Notes: generated by a model from the letters alone, not told the origin. Positions 1-12,052 are shown, numbered from the whole stretch's first letter. The stretch is 64,000 nucleotides of DNA, filler included, from Sphacelaria rigidula (GCA_964200075.2; 5 parts of 5 records of this genome joined end to end with filler, not necessarily neighbours in it), one strand, 5' to 3'. Numbers and translations: made by a program.

Positions 1-70
1 TGCTTTATTTTTTGGTATTGCCACTTCCAGAGACAGCCACGGGTTATACACTGCCTCATGGGTGTCTAAC
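1..70. repeat. Fragment of the dispersed G-run/GTACTCAT repeat family (distal part)
   Basis: gccacttccagagacagccacgggttatacactgcctcatgggtgtct matches 13130-13180 and 52060-52110. Confidence 0.7.
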
Positions 71-1416
71 CAGCGTCTGCGTGTGGATGGGGGGGCATGC
101 CTTGAAACATGGAGCACACATTCCCAATGGTTGCGCATTATCACGATGTGACAAAGCGCGGATTGTCCTCAGATTGTCGTGCGATCCCGCTGCTTTTCCC
201 AACCGAAAAAGCTCAAAAATTCAATAATCACACTTCCCTTCGGGTGAAAGGAATCATGGGAGAATGTTGAAGCCATCCAGGGACAGATATCACGTGGGTT
301 CATCATGTTTTTGTTTGTTTGTCTCGCCGCATCTTCTCGCAGTCCCAAATATGTGTCAAGACAGCACCTGAAGCAACATAACAAGTACGGCCATTTCCCC
401 CCACATGGCTGTTACTGGCGAACACGAGCTCTCTGCGCTTCGTGCTACACTTGTGGTCCACAGTTTGCTGTATTTATACTCAGAAAAGGTTTCATGTCGT
501 TCGTGTACCTGTTTGGAGTTTGGATGTCGTCGACCAGCCCTCCGGTGGTGTTTGAAAGCCACCACAACACTGCACAGTCAGTGTTGGATGCGGGCTGTGT
601 ACTAAAGCTCCCTGCCGGGGCACGACGGTAGTCGAGAATACCCCGCTTGTTTAACCACGATACGTACGTGTACCGATCGTGTACAACAGTTGGTTCTTGT
701 TGTGTGGTGTATTTACCCTGCGCGTCCGCGGAGGACCTGTACCGCTCGTGAAATGTGGGCTTGATTTTGAATTTGTCTGTTCGGCCGCAGCTACCAGTAT
801 GCTCGCTGGCTCGCAGGTTTTAGCGCATCCAGCATGGGAATCCTACAGCTGACCCCGTATCACCAAAGTGTCGCCTGCGGTGAAGCTTCCCGGTCACCTG
901 ACGTTCGGGGCGGAACTCGGTGCAGCCATGCAGTACCGCCAGTATGAAAACAATAGAATTCGTGGTTCTGTTGCTCAAAACAAACGAGCACGCAGGCAAG
1001 GAAGGGCGATTCGTCCCATTGAGGGTTATGTGTGTGAGGATGTACTATGAATGTTCCGAAATTGGGCGAATACAGCTTTTGATACTAAGAACCAAGCCCC
1101 TGCGCGATTCAAGAGTTGGTCCCTCGCGCTCAGGGCTTTCATTGGAACCAAACCACTCGAGGTGTTGAGTGACGGTGTTATCCACTAACTTCATGTCTGG
1201 CAGGGCCTTCTAAGTGACAAATTTATGTGAAGTTTGCTCTCTCACGAATACTCATTTGACTACTTGTAGAAACTTGTTCAGTATTTTTATTTCATTTTCG
1301 GTTTTTCGTTCAGACTCGTATCCATAGTATCGGCGCCGAGCCATCCAGAACATCATTCACATTTATTCTTAGCCGCTGCCTGGGCTGTGAAACGTTCGCG
1401 TTTAGCTTGAAAAAAC

Positions 1417-2046
1417 CTATGAACACGCCGTATTTTGCTCGAAATATGATATATGCATGTATATATCTGATGCCTGGGTTCTGCCTGCACCTCGAGTAGT
1501 CCGTATTCTGGCGTGAAGATGGGTTGGAGAAATCCAAAACCTTTCATAACGAAATCGGCGGGGGCGGAGGCGGGGTATGGCTACCGGGACAAACTTTACA
1601 TGCTCCCTCGCACGAAAACTTGTATTTTTTTTCCCGCGCGGATTCCCGTCCAGGGGACATTCATCACTGTACCCCACTGCACCACACGTGAAACAGGATT
1701 GAAGCCGCGCGGCTGTGGAAGGGTTGATGCTGTGTAGCCAAGTGGACGAGAATTGTCCCACAGGGGAGGTTGGGGGCATAATGAGCTGAACGACCAGTAC
1801 TGCAGGGGTCGTCGCCGGTGCAACAATGTGTGCCACCCTCTGCATCAAACCCGTCTGGCAAAAGACGGCCATGGTGACCCTTTCGGTGCCCAACGGCCGC
1901 CTGGCTCCGTCCCCTCCTTGTAGCGGGCAATCCGAACTGATTGTTTTGGACGCAAGAGGCGGCGCCCACTCTGAAAAAAGGTTGCCGCACATGCTGCACT
2001 TCTTTGTAGTTTTTTGCCGGTTGTAGTGAGCAGGAGCCAGCAGCAT
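1417..2046 (-). pseudogene. Possible degenerate LTR-retrotransposon gag remnant
   Basis: CFTCGAVGYSDECP (1654-1695) resembles an eroded CX2CX4HX4C zinc knuckle; second CxxC (CSMCG) upstream; no RT or integrase motifs recognised. Confidence 0.3.
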
Positions 2047-2570
2047 TATTGTCGTATTTTTTGGAGCAGTGCAGTACAGTAGTGGCCGTGATCGCGCTTA
2101 ACAGTAGAACACGCTTGTGGTCAACACGCACATGTGTTTACTAGCCGCTGAGTTCTTTGAGGGGGTACCGTACTTGGCGCGGGATGTTCCTGTTGCAGGA
2201 AGCGTGTGGGGATGTGGCACGGTGGTGTTTTGATTTCGGGTCAGCTCTGCGGAATCGTGAATCGTTTTGCCTACCCCCAACGTTCGAAAAGCAGGTATAA
2301 AACACGTTGACTCACGCATAAAAGCAAGGTCACATGGAGTTATAGCGGTGCATTTATCCATCGCATATGCGTGTGCTTTCGTCAGCTGCTGTTTGCTCCT
2401 GAGATTTGGGCAGACACGGCCCACGAACACCTCCAGGCCGCTATCTCAACGATCTTGAGATGCGCTCATATTTGTCCAACCTGTGAAGGGAAACAAAATC
2501 TGTCCAGCGCCCGGACGGCCAACTAGCGGCCATCTATGCGGACGTATCCGCCATCCTGCAAGAGTCCGCG

Positions 2571-2768
2571 GGACCGTTAGGTCAGCTAGTTGGCCGCGGG
2601 CGGTAAAAGGGCTAAACGCAGCCGTCACCCACGCCAAGAATGAGCCTCCGCAACCAGGGGGCTTCGTCCGCTGGACCGTTAGGTCAGCTAGTTGGCCGGG
2701 GGCGGTAAAAGGGCTAAACGCAGCCGTTGCCCACGCCAAGAATAAGCCTCCGCAACCAGGGGGCTTCG
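2571..2768. repeat. Tandem duplication, 102-bp period, 2 copies
   Basis: ggaccgttaggtcagctagttggccg...caaccagggggcttcg at 2571-2666 and 2673-2768, nearly identical. Confidence 0.9.
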
Positions 2769-4029
2769 GGCGAGCGGGGAAAAACCTCAAGGCCCCGAAA
2801 CTCGGTATTTGGTGCACTGGGAGATCGGGCGTCGAGAGGGGTGCTGGGTGATGTTTGGTGGTATCGTGCACCCCCGAAGTGCGCCGATCTATTTTCCAGT
2901 ATCTTGTGGCGTAAGATTCGCTGGAAATTAGCCCTCACGCTGCGCCCCACCTTCACCTCAAACCCCACAGTCTCCTTCCCCTCGGAGCTTCTCACCCAGG
3001 TGCAAGTGCCTCATCCTGCCAGGTCATCGTTGACGTTGAGAGCTGCACCGTTAAAGCTGGATGCGGCTAGTTAAGCAGTGCCGTTGGCCCGGTCGGCAGC
3101 AGCAGAAGCTATAGCCCGTCTGCATGAGCAGCTCTGATCACGTGGTTACTGTTATTTTCTCATCACAACAGTTTGATGCCTTTGCCTCGCAGTAACTGGC
3201 ACCAGTTTGTCGAAAACACTGTACGTCTTGCTCGGGGTCCAGTATCATACTCTCAAAATGTGAACCAGCCCCGGTTTCAGATAGTTGGCAACGTCCAGCG
3301 GCCTATTTCCCAGGGTTCCAAGTACTCCCCCTCACTTCCCCGTACCAAATCTGAACTTACATGAACATTTTGGGTGTGGTGCAGGAAGCGAGACATGCGC
3401 CACCCCTTTCCGAGGGTGTCGGAGTTCGGAACCCACGAGGAGCCCTGCGAAACATCAATAACACACATATGCTCTTGGTATGAGGGGGGTATCTCGAGCC
3501 ATTTCATTCAAGTCGCCAAAGGCAACATGAGGTTTCAGCTCAAAAGGCATGGAGGGATCTAGACAATAAAACATCTCCACTTGTTTTCAGACAAGCGTAT
3601 TTAGCAGTACAAACTGTAGCGATATGTGAAGACTGTAAGACACAAGCCTGCTAGATGCTTCCGCTCTCGTTATCACAAGTGCTTCCCAGGAAGGGATCCA
3701 CGGGAATAACGCGATCAAGTGTTTTGACTCCCGTGATCTACTCCGGGAGTTCGGTCTCTGACAGCCCCGCCGGGTTTGGAGGATGGTCATAGTGTAGTCG
3801 TAGATGAGCACTGGAGCGTCGCTCTGCCTATAGGAGAAATTACTGTCGTGGCTTTAGTTTCATTCATGGTTAGGCATACCAAACCGTGAAGCGTTTCCTC
3901 GCCACCATGTTCAAAACGCACAAGCCGGCGGAAATCGCGCTCTCTTCGCTAGCTCTCAACACCACGAACTTCAGCTTGGGCAGCAGGCTTGTAAGGAGGG
4001 GAAGCTCACCGCTGCGGTTTCGTGCGCGT

Positions 4030-4030
<1 letters not shown>

Positions 4031-4058
<28 letters not shown>
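4031..4058. repeat. (TG)n microsatellite
   Basis: direct. Confidence 0.95.
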
Positions 4059-4061
<3 letters not shown>

Positions 4062-5738
4062 CGTGTCAACTGCTCCATTTCCTGGGGACTCGGCGGTGAG
4101 GGTTGAAAAGAAAACATTCCGCAAACTTGAGACACGGTATCAAAAGACCACCCAACCACACCCGCACCCACCACCTACAGCACGTGCACCCCCACCGTGT
4201 ACCCCTCGACGTTCAGCTGTTCAGCGGTTCGGCAACAGCTGCGTGTATTGACCACTTGCGTGCACTACTGTTGGCGTGGTCACGCCTGTTGTACGTACTG
4301 TGCTGTTGAGAGAAATTGTGTCGTTGGACGGCAATGTTGTTTACCGCGTGGTATGCACCAATTTCACTGACGCGCGGCATGTGCGTGGCAACGTCCTGTC
4401 AGTGTAGGCATAAACATCGACTACAACAACCCTCCCGAATCCCCGGCGAAGGAGCAGACGAAAGAAGGCAACCAGCTGGCGCACGGACGCCTGACGGGTT
4501 AACGCTCAAATTCCGTGAAAAACTCACCCCCATGATGTCGTTGCTGACTTCGGTGTAGAACGCGTGATCGCATAGATGTCCTTCGTAGCGGCCTTTCATG
4601 ACTGCAATCTTCAGCCAATGTCCATTTCCGTCACTCTGAAGGTCTCCATATATACGCGAAGAGGGAGAATGAGGTCATCTTCTGATCATGTTTGGCATCG
4701 TGTCGTCAACAGCGGCAACGGAAAGACGGAGTCGCAGCCCAGAACCTTGGGGAAATTGGCTCGAGACAACCACTCAATAGTGCGGCGGCGATCTGGGCCC
4801 TGATTCAGAACCAGGTTTTCGGGTTTTCAGCTGGGCTCACCCGCCTCACATACCGTACGATCTACACGATTTATCATGCTCTCGGATGGTTCCTTGAATG
4901 TTCCGGTCGGCGTTCAATAAATCACGATTATACACGGATCATGGTCTGCAAGGAGAGCACATCTAGCGAGGTAGAAAATGGGCAATTCGCTTCATGGTGT
5001 TTGAACTGTTACGGATTCACCAGTCCCATCATGTATCGTAGCACACCAGGTATTGCGCCCGAGACGTTGCTGGTGAGGAAAGTGTGATTGGGTGTGAACA
5101 AGCATCGGCAACGCGTGGCGTAAGTTCACCTTTTGGCCGTCGCTGCCGCACCGAGTCACCGTTGGAAAATGATACATCGGTATCTCGTGTCGTTCGAGCC
5201 ATAGGATCGAACCCACGTATCGGACTTCGCAGCCGCAGGGATCGGCTACCGGTGGACATCGCCATTGTTGCGATATACTCTATTGCCCATGTCGTACTCC
5301 CCGCCGGGCATCGGTTCCGAGGAGAGGGGTGGGAAACGGTTTCAATGTACTTGGTGCAAGTCTGGTGGTATGTATGTTCGCATATATGGGGGTATTGTTA
5401 CTTAGAATAAATCTAGCAGACACATGGACCGATAGATGGCAGCTGGATACATGTCCGTTACCCGTGTTGTTTGTGCCCCGATACAAGAGGCAAGTCGCCG
5501 GTTTACGACCTTTCTCGGACGCCAGGTGACTGCAATCGCCTTGGACGCGTATCTCGCAGCTTTCGCGTTCTACCTCGACAACCTCGATATGAAATAACGA
5601 AAAAAGCCGAAATTGATATTTGCGGGACATCTGGTCGCAATCCTAGCACAGACGCGGGAGCTACCATGCGTTCTTTGACGAACGCGAGTAACTTCATGTT
5701 GAGCGTGCACTGCGGTGCGAACGCTGGACAATACTGAA

Positions 5739-6025
5739 GGGAGGGGAGGAGGGGGGTGTACTCATGATCTAGCATGCCATAGTCACAAGACGGTTGATCG
5801 CGTATCCCTACAAAGTCGGGACGGAGCACGCCATGTTTTCGCCAGAGCAGGCTCGCGATCAGTCCCCGAGCGCGGTGAACTGCATCCTGCTAAGAATGTC
5901 TGGCCCGAAGCGTACTGATTGTCCTGCATATGGATCGCATCTTGAACGAGTTACTCCATCTTCTGGTATTTTGCCACTTTTCTAGAGAAAGCTATGGGTT
6001 ACGCACAGCCTCATCCAAGGAGAGG
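5739..6025. repeat. G-run/GTACTCAT dispersed repeat copy
   Basis: ggggggtgtactcatgatctagcatgccatagtc...atccctacaaag...; homologous to the 12872 and 51797 copies. Confidence 0.75.
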
Positions 6026-6131
6026 GGGTTTGTTGTGACGAAGGCTGTCAAATATTCGAAATTAGCACTTTTCGTTTCGTGCGAAACGAGGTAAAGGAGT
6101 TGCGGTTTTGGGTGAATGTGCATGTTCCTTT

Positions 6132-6656
6132 TAAGGTCGTGTTCTGCAGGGTACGTTTTTTTTGTATAGCCGGGGAAAATTCCCGGGTATTTACCTTACC
6201 CGACAATTCTGTGACTTGTGTAAGATTTTCAAACCGGTGCCCGACAGGTCTGTAGCCTCTGAGACTTTCATACCCCTACCCGATAGTTCCGTGAGTTATG
6301 TAAGCCTCCCACACGGTCAGGGTATGTTCTCGGAGAAAAAACAAAACGGTTGCGAGTACGGTTTTCTGGGCAACCTCCATACCCCTGCCCGATCGCTCTG
6401 TGTGTTCTGTACATAATGTTTACCCTCACCCGGGGCGCGGGTAAACCCTTGAAGAAGTACCCGATTGCCGGCACGGTTCTCTGTGAGCTTCCCGTACCCT
6501 ACCCGACAAGTTCTGTAGTTTCTGTAATACATACCGTTACCCGACACTTTTGTAATTTTTGTATGACATTCATACCCGCACCCGATATTTCGGTAGATTA
6601 TCTAAGGAATCTCATACCATACAGAACATATCCGTTCCCTCCAGCGCACAACCTGA
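6132..6656. mobile_element. MITE-like element with CAAGGTTGTGTTCTGCAGGGTAC-type termini and internal TACCCG/TTCTGT subrepeats
   Basis: Left end aaggtcgtgttctgcagggtac; right end gttccctccagcgcacaacct is its degenerate reverse complement; same terminus at 34950 and 42185. Confidence 0.6.
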
Positions 6657-7699
6657 GATTTTTTGTTTCTGATTGGAACGGCAGCCCGGGGCCCCGATTC
6701 GCCGACGACGTTGAGCCTTCGTCGCCTTCGTCGTTCCTAACGCCCAGTTGATCTGTTTACCGTGTGTCTTCTCCGCGGTGGTCTCGAGAAACAAAGACAC
6801 GTTGTGGTGAAGGAATGTTTGTGTTTCTCCCTTTGAACGATATGAAACAGTGGCGCACAGTTCGTGGCGAATCGGTGACTCTGTAACTGTACCTCGTGTC
6901 AAGATATGGACATGGCGCCTTAGCCGCGAGCTCTACGCATGTGGAAGTCCTCATCTTGCAAGAGGAAGATCGCGGTTTGTAGAGTTGGCAGTTCACATTG
7001 CAAGCTGTCGGGCTTGGGTTGATATGTTGTTCATGCGGACCTTTTGAAGGAACTTTGCAAACCTGTATGACGGACAAGTACTCTTGCCCCGCAGTACCAT
7101 ACCTCCCCTGTCATGACAGTCGTGCTTCTTGGCACAGAACGTTTGGTACCGAGGTAATGTTTTTTTAATGCTCCATGCATTGCTCATACCCAATTTTACG
7201 CTTTAACTCTGAATATTGAAGGGAGCAAACGCCGTTTAAAAACCGGATCGGTAGAAATTCACAACAAAATTTCGAAGGCCACTCACCGGCCCACGTTTGG
7301 TTCTGGTGTACTGAAATGTTGTGTGGGCGCTCTCTAAGGTATGATCAATAGATCAAAGCGCGTCAGTTTTTTTCAATTTTGTTTTTCACTGGTTTAGGGC
7401 GTTCTTGTATGGCAAGGACCATTTCTTCACGAGAACGCTCTAACCTCTATTGAAACTATATAAGAATGAAGGCCCACTTTTTTTCCTTCTTTTCGGCACA
7501 CCTTTTTGGTTCTCCATGCTGACTTTCAAATCACAATTCTAAAAATTGAGCTGGAACATTGAGATAAGGCTTGAGAGCAACGTTCATTTCTCCTCCAAAC
7601 TCCACTAAAAACACGGGAAAAAATGAAGAAAAATGGAAGAAGAAATGAAGAACGGTAGCAATCTGTTTCTGTTTAGAGAATCTAGTGCCTTTGTTCGTA

Positions 7700-8100
7700 A
7701 TACATTGATTAGTATGGAAACCTATGAGCGCGCTATCTCGAGATAGATGACGGATTAGGTGAGGGTGAGAGTATCTATCGTCTCCCCTTGCTCCAGGGAA
7801 TGTCCATACCAAAATTCGTCGTCATCCGCTGAAAGCATCGACTGGGGGTTTCATGGAGATTTTAGTGTAGACGTCATCTCCGATAGGTATAGGAATTACT
7901 AGACATGGGCTTGTAATCAACGAGAACATATGGGTCCAAACTTTTGAGCAGATGGGCACCTTCTCCTTAGACGATCAATGCAATATGCGGATTACGGCCC
8001 AACTCGTCTGTGTCGATGAGATATTGCTTCTAGACCTTAAATCCGTATTTGGCTGGCCCAGCTCGTACAGTCGGTCAACGTTTCGCATGAACGCACGTGA
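7700..8100. repeat. Dispersed repeat family (ctcgagatagat...atcgtctcccc...accaaaa), copy 1
   Basis: Aligns by eye with 37770-37950 and 39990-40340; boundaries approximate. Confidence 0.7.
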
Positions 8101-9059
8101 CACAATTTTGAATTGGTGGTTGCCTTCCGCTCATTGATGTCGCGATTGCTAAGTACAGCGGTACAAGAGCTAACCATCCCCAGCTTTTGGATTGAATTTC
8201 AAAGGAGAGCGATGGGCATAGAATGGTGGAGTGACTCATTATCAATCTCACAGTGTCGATTTACGCTTCTCCGATTGCAGGTGTGCACGAGTGCTCAGCG
8301 TCTCCACTGTAGATTTGTCGGCGTGGAGTGCTGAGTAATGGCGCATTCTTGCGACACAGTGATTTCGACTGGAAACAGTCACAATGTTGCGCGGATTGGC
8401 GTGTCTGACACCGGCTTCGAAACGGCAGCAGGTGTGACGGGTCTTGAGCAGTGGAATTTATACATGGCAGCAAGACCATAACGCGTGCAGTAGGCACTGC
8501 TGTACAAAATGTACAGTTCAGCGAATTGTAGCCCTTGAGCACTCGCATTTCTGCGCCGATACACTGTCGTCCCTGAATTATGAGCCACTGGCGTACGAAC
8601 GCAAATACAAATCATGTGCCATTCAACATCGCGAAGTGAAGATTCAGGGTCTTCCTTCACTGCCTTTGGGCAAAGCTACAGGCAGTTGAAGTAGTACGAA
8701 TATCTGGTGTCACCATGGGTGAGTCTGTGAAATCCGCCGATGATCCGACATGATGACCTCTCCGCGATTCCCGTGGAGATTGGACAAGGCTGAGGAATAC
8801 TTGCCTGCGATGTTCAATAGCTTGAAATTTCTGTGTTCATATGCTGAAGTCCGATCCCTTCGTCGTTCCTTGAAGATGTGTACCGACCCAGCTTGCGTCA
8901 TCAACTCGCGACGGGTCTCACGTCGCTGCTTGATAATAATAATCCTAGACGAGCTAAACCGCACAGCGCTCGTTCCATGTTTGTGACACAGGCAGCAACC
9001 TTTGTCTGGACGCCTTCACCACCGCCCTCAACGAGGCTTCCTCGGGGGGAAGGTCGTAT

Positions 9060-10391
9060 TTGCCGACAAAACAATTACAGCTGGCGTCACTACAGCTCTG
9101 CATCGCTTGCCGCGGCGTAAGCACGCTATTGGTGAAAATTGATGGATCTACGCCGCGCAGGCTGTGGGCCGATCCCGCCGAGCAATCTCCGACTCTGATA
9201 GCTGGCAGGATGGATCGCAATGATGAACCTCGAGTGCCGTCATTACGAGCACACAGTATTGTGTGGATGTTGAGTGCTGACGGGGCAATCATGTCATGCA
9301 ACACCAATAGTTTGTCCAACGTGCGGAACTGGCACTTTGGCCCTATGTTCGACCGTAGTCTGGACTACATTATGTGGCCCCCGCAAGTGAAGAAAGTAGT
9401 GTTCCGGAGCGATGGTAGTTCAAGGCGAGCAGGCTTCAATCAACCCATCACGAAGGTGGTCTGGCCTTCTTGGCTGCAGCAACTGACGTTCGGGACGAAT
9501 TTCAACCAGCCTATCGAGGGTGTGGCGTGGCCTGCATCGCTACAGCAGCTGGCATTCGAAAAACGGTTCAACCAGCCGATCGAGGGTGTGGCGTGGCCTG
9601 CGTCGCTACAGCAGCTGACGTTCGGGACAGATTTCAACCAGCCGATCGAGGGTGTGGCGTGGCCTGCGTCGCTGCAGCAGCTGACGTTCGGAGCTGGCTT
9701 CAATCGGCCGATCGAGTGTGTGGCGTGGCCTGCGTCGCTGCAGCAGCTGACGTTCGGATCGAGGTTTAACCAGCCGATCGAGGGTGTGGCGTGGCCTGCG
9801 TCGCTACAGCAGCTGACGTTCGGGACAGATTTCAACCAGCCGATCGAGGGTGTGGCGTGGCCTGCGTTGCTGCAGGAGTTGGCGCTCGGGACAAATTTCA
9901 ATCAACCTATCGAGAAGGAGAAGAAGCCTGCGTCACTGCAGCAGCTGATGTTGAGTTCTTCTGCCTTCAACCAGCCGATTATGTGTGTAGAGTGGCCTGC
10001 AGCGCTGCAGCAGCTGACGTTCGGAGATTGCTTCAACCAGCCTATCGAGGGTGTGGCGTGGCCTGCGTCGCTACAGCAGCTGGCTTTCGGGGATGACTTC
10101 AACCAGCCGATCAAGGTTGTGGCGTGGCCCGCGTCGCTGCGGCAGCTGACGTTCGGAAGTGACTTCAACCAGCCTATCGAGGGTATGACGTGGCCTGCGT
10201 CGCTACAGCAGCTGACTTTCGGGTATGACTTCAACCAGCCGATCAGGGCTGTGGCGTGGCCCGCGTCGCTGCAGCAGCTGACGTTCGGGCATCACTTCAA
10301 CCAGCCTGTCGAGGGTATGACGTGGCCTGCGTCGCTGCAGCAGCTGACAATTGGATACGAAACAACAAGCCCATCAAGGGCGTCAGTCTGA
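9060..10391 (+). CDS. FNIP-repeat (LRR-like, 22-aa) protein, 14 tandem repeats; possibly a partly disrupted copy
   Basis: 443-aa ORF; consensus FNQPIEGVAWPASLQQLTFGxx repeated 14 times at 9435-10361 with a 66-nt period; ORF opens on TTG, so the true start is uncertain. Confidence 0.9.
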   Translation: MPTKQLQLASLQLCIACRGVSTLLVKIDGSTPRRLWADPAEQSPTLIAGRMDRNDEPRVPSLRAHSIVWMLSADGAIMSCNTNSLSNVRNWHFGPMFDRSLDYIMWPPQVKKVVFRSDGSSRRAGFNQPITKVVWPSWLQQLTFGTNFNQPIEGVAWPASLQQLAFEKRFNQPIEGVAWPASLQQLTFGTDFNQPIEGVAWPASLQQLTFGAGFNRPIECVAWPASLQQLTFGSRFNQPIEGVAWPASLQQLTFGTDFNQPIEGVAWPALLQELALGTNFNQPIEKEKKPASLQQLMLSSSAFNQPIMCVEWPAALQQLTFGDCFNQPIEGVAWPASLQQLAFGDDFNQPIKVVAWPASLRQLTFGSDFNQPIEGMTWPASLQQLTFGYDFNQPIRAVAWPASLQQLTFGHHFNQPVEGMTWPASLQQLTIGYETTSPSRASV

Positions 10392-10760
10392 CCGGTGTCG
10401 TTCAAACGGCTGACGTTTGGAAATTGTTTCAACAAGGCCATCTAAATGTTAGCGTGGCCTTTGTCGCTGCAGCAGCTGACGTTGAGAAAAAGTGAAGACG
10501 CGCATCCAAGACGTTGCATAGCCTTCATCACTGCTCATGTTTGGAAGTTGTTCAACACGCTGGTTGAGGATTTCTCGTGCTCGCACAGCCGCAGCAGCTG
10601 CCTCAAAGACATTGGTGTAAACAGCCGATTGAGGGCATCATGTGGCACATTCTGGGGCTCCTGCTCTAGAAAGCCGATCGAGAGGGTGGCGTGGCCCGCA
10701 TCGCTGCAGAAGCTGACATTCGGAACGGTCGGAGAAGGCTTCAAGCAGTCGATCAAGGTT
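10362..10760 (+). pseudogene. Decayed continuation of the FNIP repeat array
   Basis: Same frame reads *PVSFKRLTFGNCFNKAI*MLAWPLSLQQLTL...KPIERVAWPASLQKLTFG; local frameshift (NNKPIKGVS in another frame) and two in-frame stops. Confidence 0.8.
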
Positions 10761-11769
10761 TTTCAATGTGTACGGTTGAATACAAATTACATTGCTACGG
10801 TTTGTACAGCAGTAGTCGCTGCTTGTGTTGAGTTCTTCAATGGACGGGTCTTGGAATGTTTTGTACAAGGGTGCAAAGCAGTGGTAATTACATATCACAA
10901 TGTTTTTGTGAGATTGAGAGTGCGGATAGGGTTGGGAATGAGAACCATTCAATTTATGTATGAAATTGTTCCAGCTCCTCCTACCCTTTTACGAGGCCCG
11001 CCACGCTTTCTGTAGCAGCTTGCCAGTGAAGCCTTGGACATTGCCGGGAAGGATACGGACATGGAGCTGTGATCACACGCCAGTGTTTCAGACAGAGAAA
11101 AGCACACACAAAATGAAACAGTGGGAAGTCAGAGCGACTAATAAAAACTGACTCTCAATCTGACGAAAACATTGCTATCGGTGAGCGGTTGATGCGTGTA
11201 TAATGGTTCACTTCATTCGTATCTACAAGTCAAGAGACTACAACCGAGATTGTCGTCCAAGCTACGATTCGTCGTGCGCAAGCCGACAATGCCATTTCGC
11301 TTGTATCCTGCGGTGTGCGCAATACTAGCAGACGGGGTACTCTTACTCACTAGCGTCCTTCAGTCGTTCCAATTCTGAATATGCACTACGGCCGTGAAAG
11401 AGTAAGCGGGCCAGCCGCAACCCAACCCGAATACGAAGAAGCCTTCGGTGATTGGTAGGTACGATTTATGTGATCAGATGTGCTGAATGATGTACAATCA
11501 CCACGCAACGGGAGTTCCCGGCGGTAGCCAATGGTACTACTGGAGGCACTGCGAGATTGTCTAGCGCTGAAGGCATGGGTATAGGTGCAGTTGAAGATAC
11601 ATCGGAGTGTCTGAAGCGGCTGTAACGGAGAACTGCAACCGGTACGATTCAACAACGATTGCGGGTTGGCAGGACCAGATCAAGTCTCATACCGACGAAG
11701 GCAGGGTGGACTGCTTTAGGAGATATGTGGATTACACCTCTAGTACACTTGCGAGTGCATGCTACACAC

Positions 11770-12052
11770 GTGGCCACTGGGGTCTGTAACCTGGTCATTT
11801 TGGGACCTTATCCACCTTTGGCAAGGTCCGCGGGTTGGGTAGACAACTGAAGAGCATTCGCAGAGCATGGACAGGATCGAAACAAAACATGTCCCAGTCT
11901 ATAGGCGGGTGACTCTCCTGTAGACTGGAACATGCTTTGTTCCAAACCTGTCCATGCTGTGCGAATGCTCTTCAGTTGTCTACCCAACCCGCGGACCTTG
12001 CCAAAGGTGGATAAGGTCCCAAAATGGCCAGGTTATAGACCCCAGTGGCCAC
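11770..12052. ncRNA. Long fold-back, candidate miRNA/hairpin-RNA precursor
   Basis: Arms 11770-11905 and 11917-12052 are reverse complements: 127/136 paired, no indels, 11-nt spacer. The inverted repeat is certain; RNA function is inferred. Confidence 0.5.

Noticed and set aside
868-930. LTFGAE motif suggesting a second FNIP remnant
   Set aside because: A single short match with no repeat periodicity.
4300-5720. Possible decayed transposase or gene
   Set aside because: Fragmented frames with no motif I can name.
9440-10234. Antisense and alternate-frame ORFs over the FNIP array
   Set aside because: Shadow ORFs produced by the stop-free 66-nt repeat.
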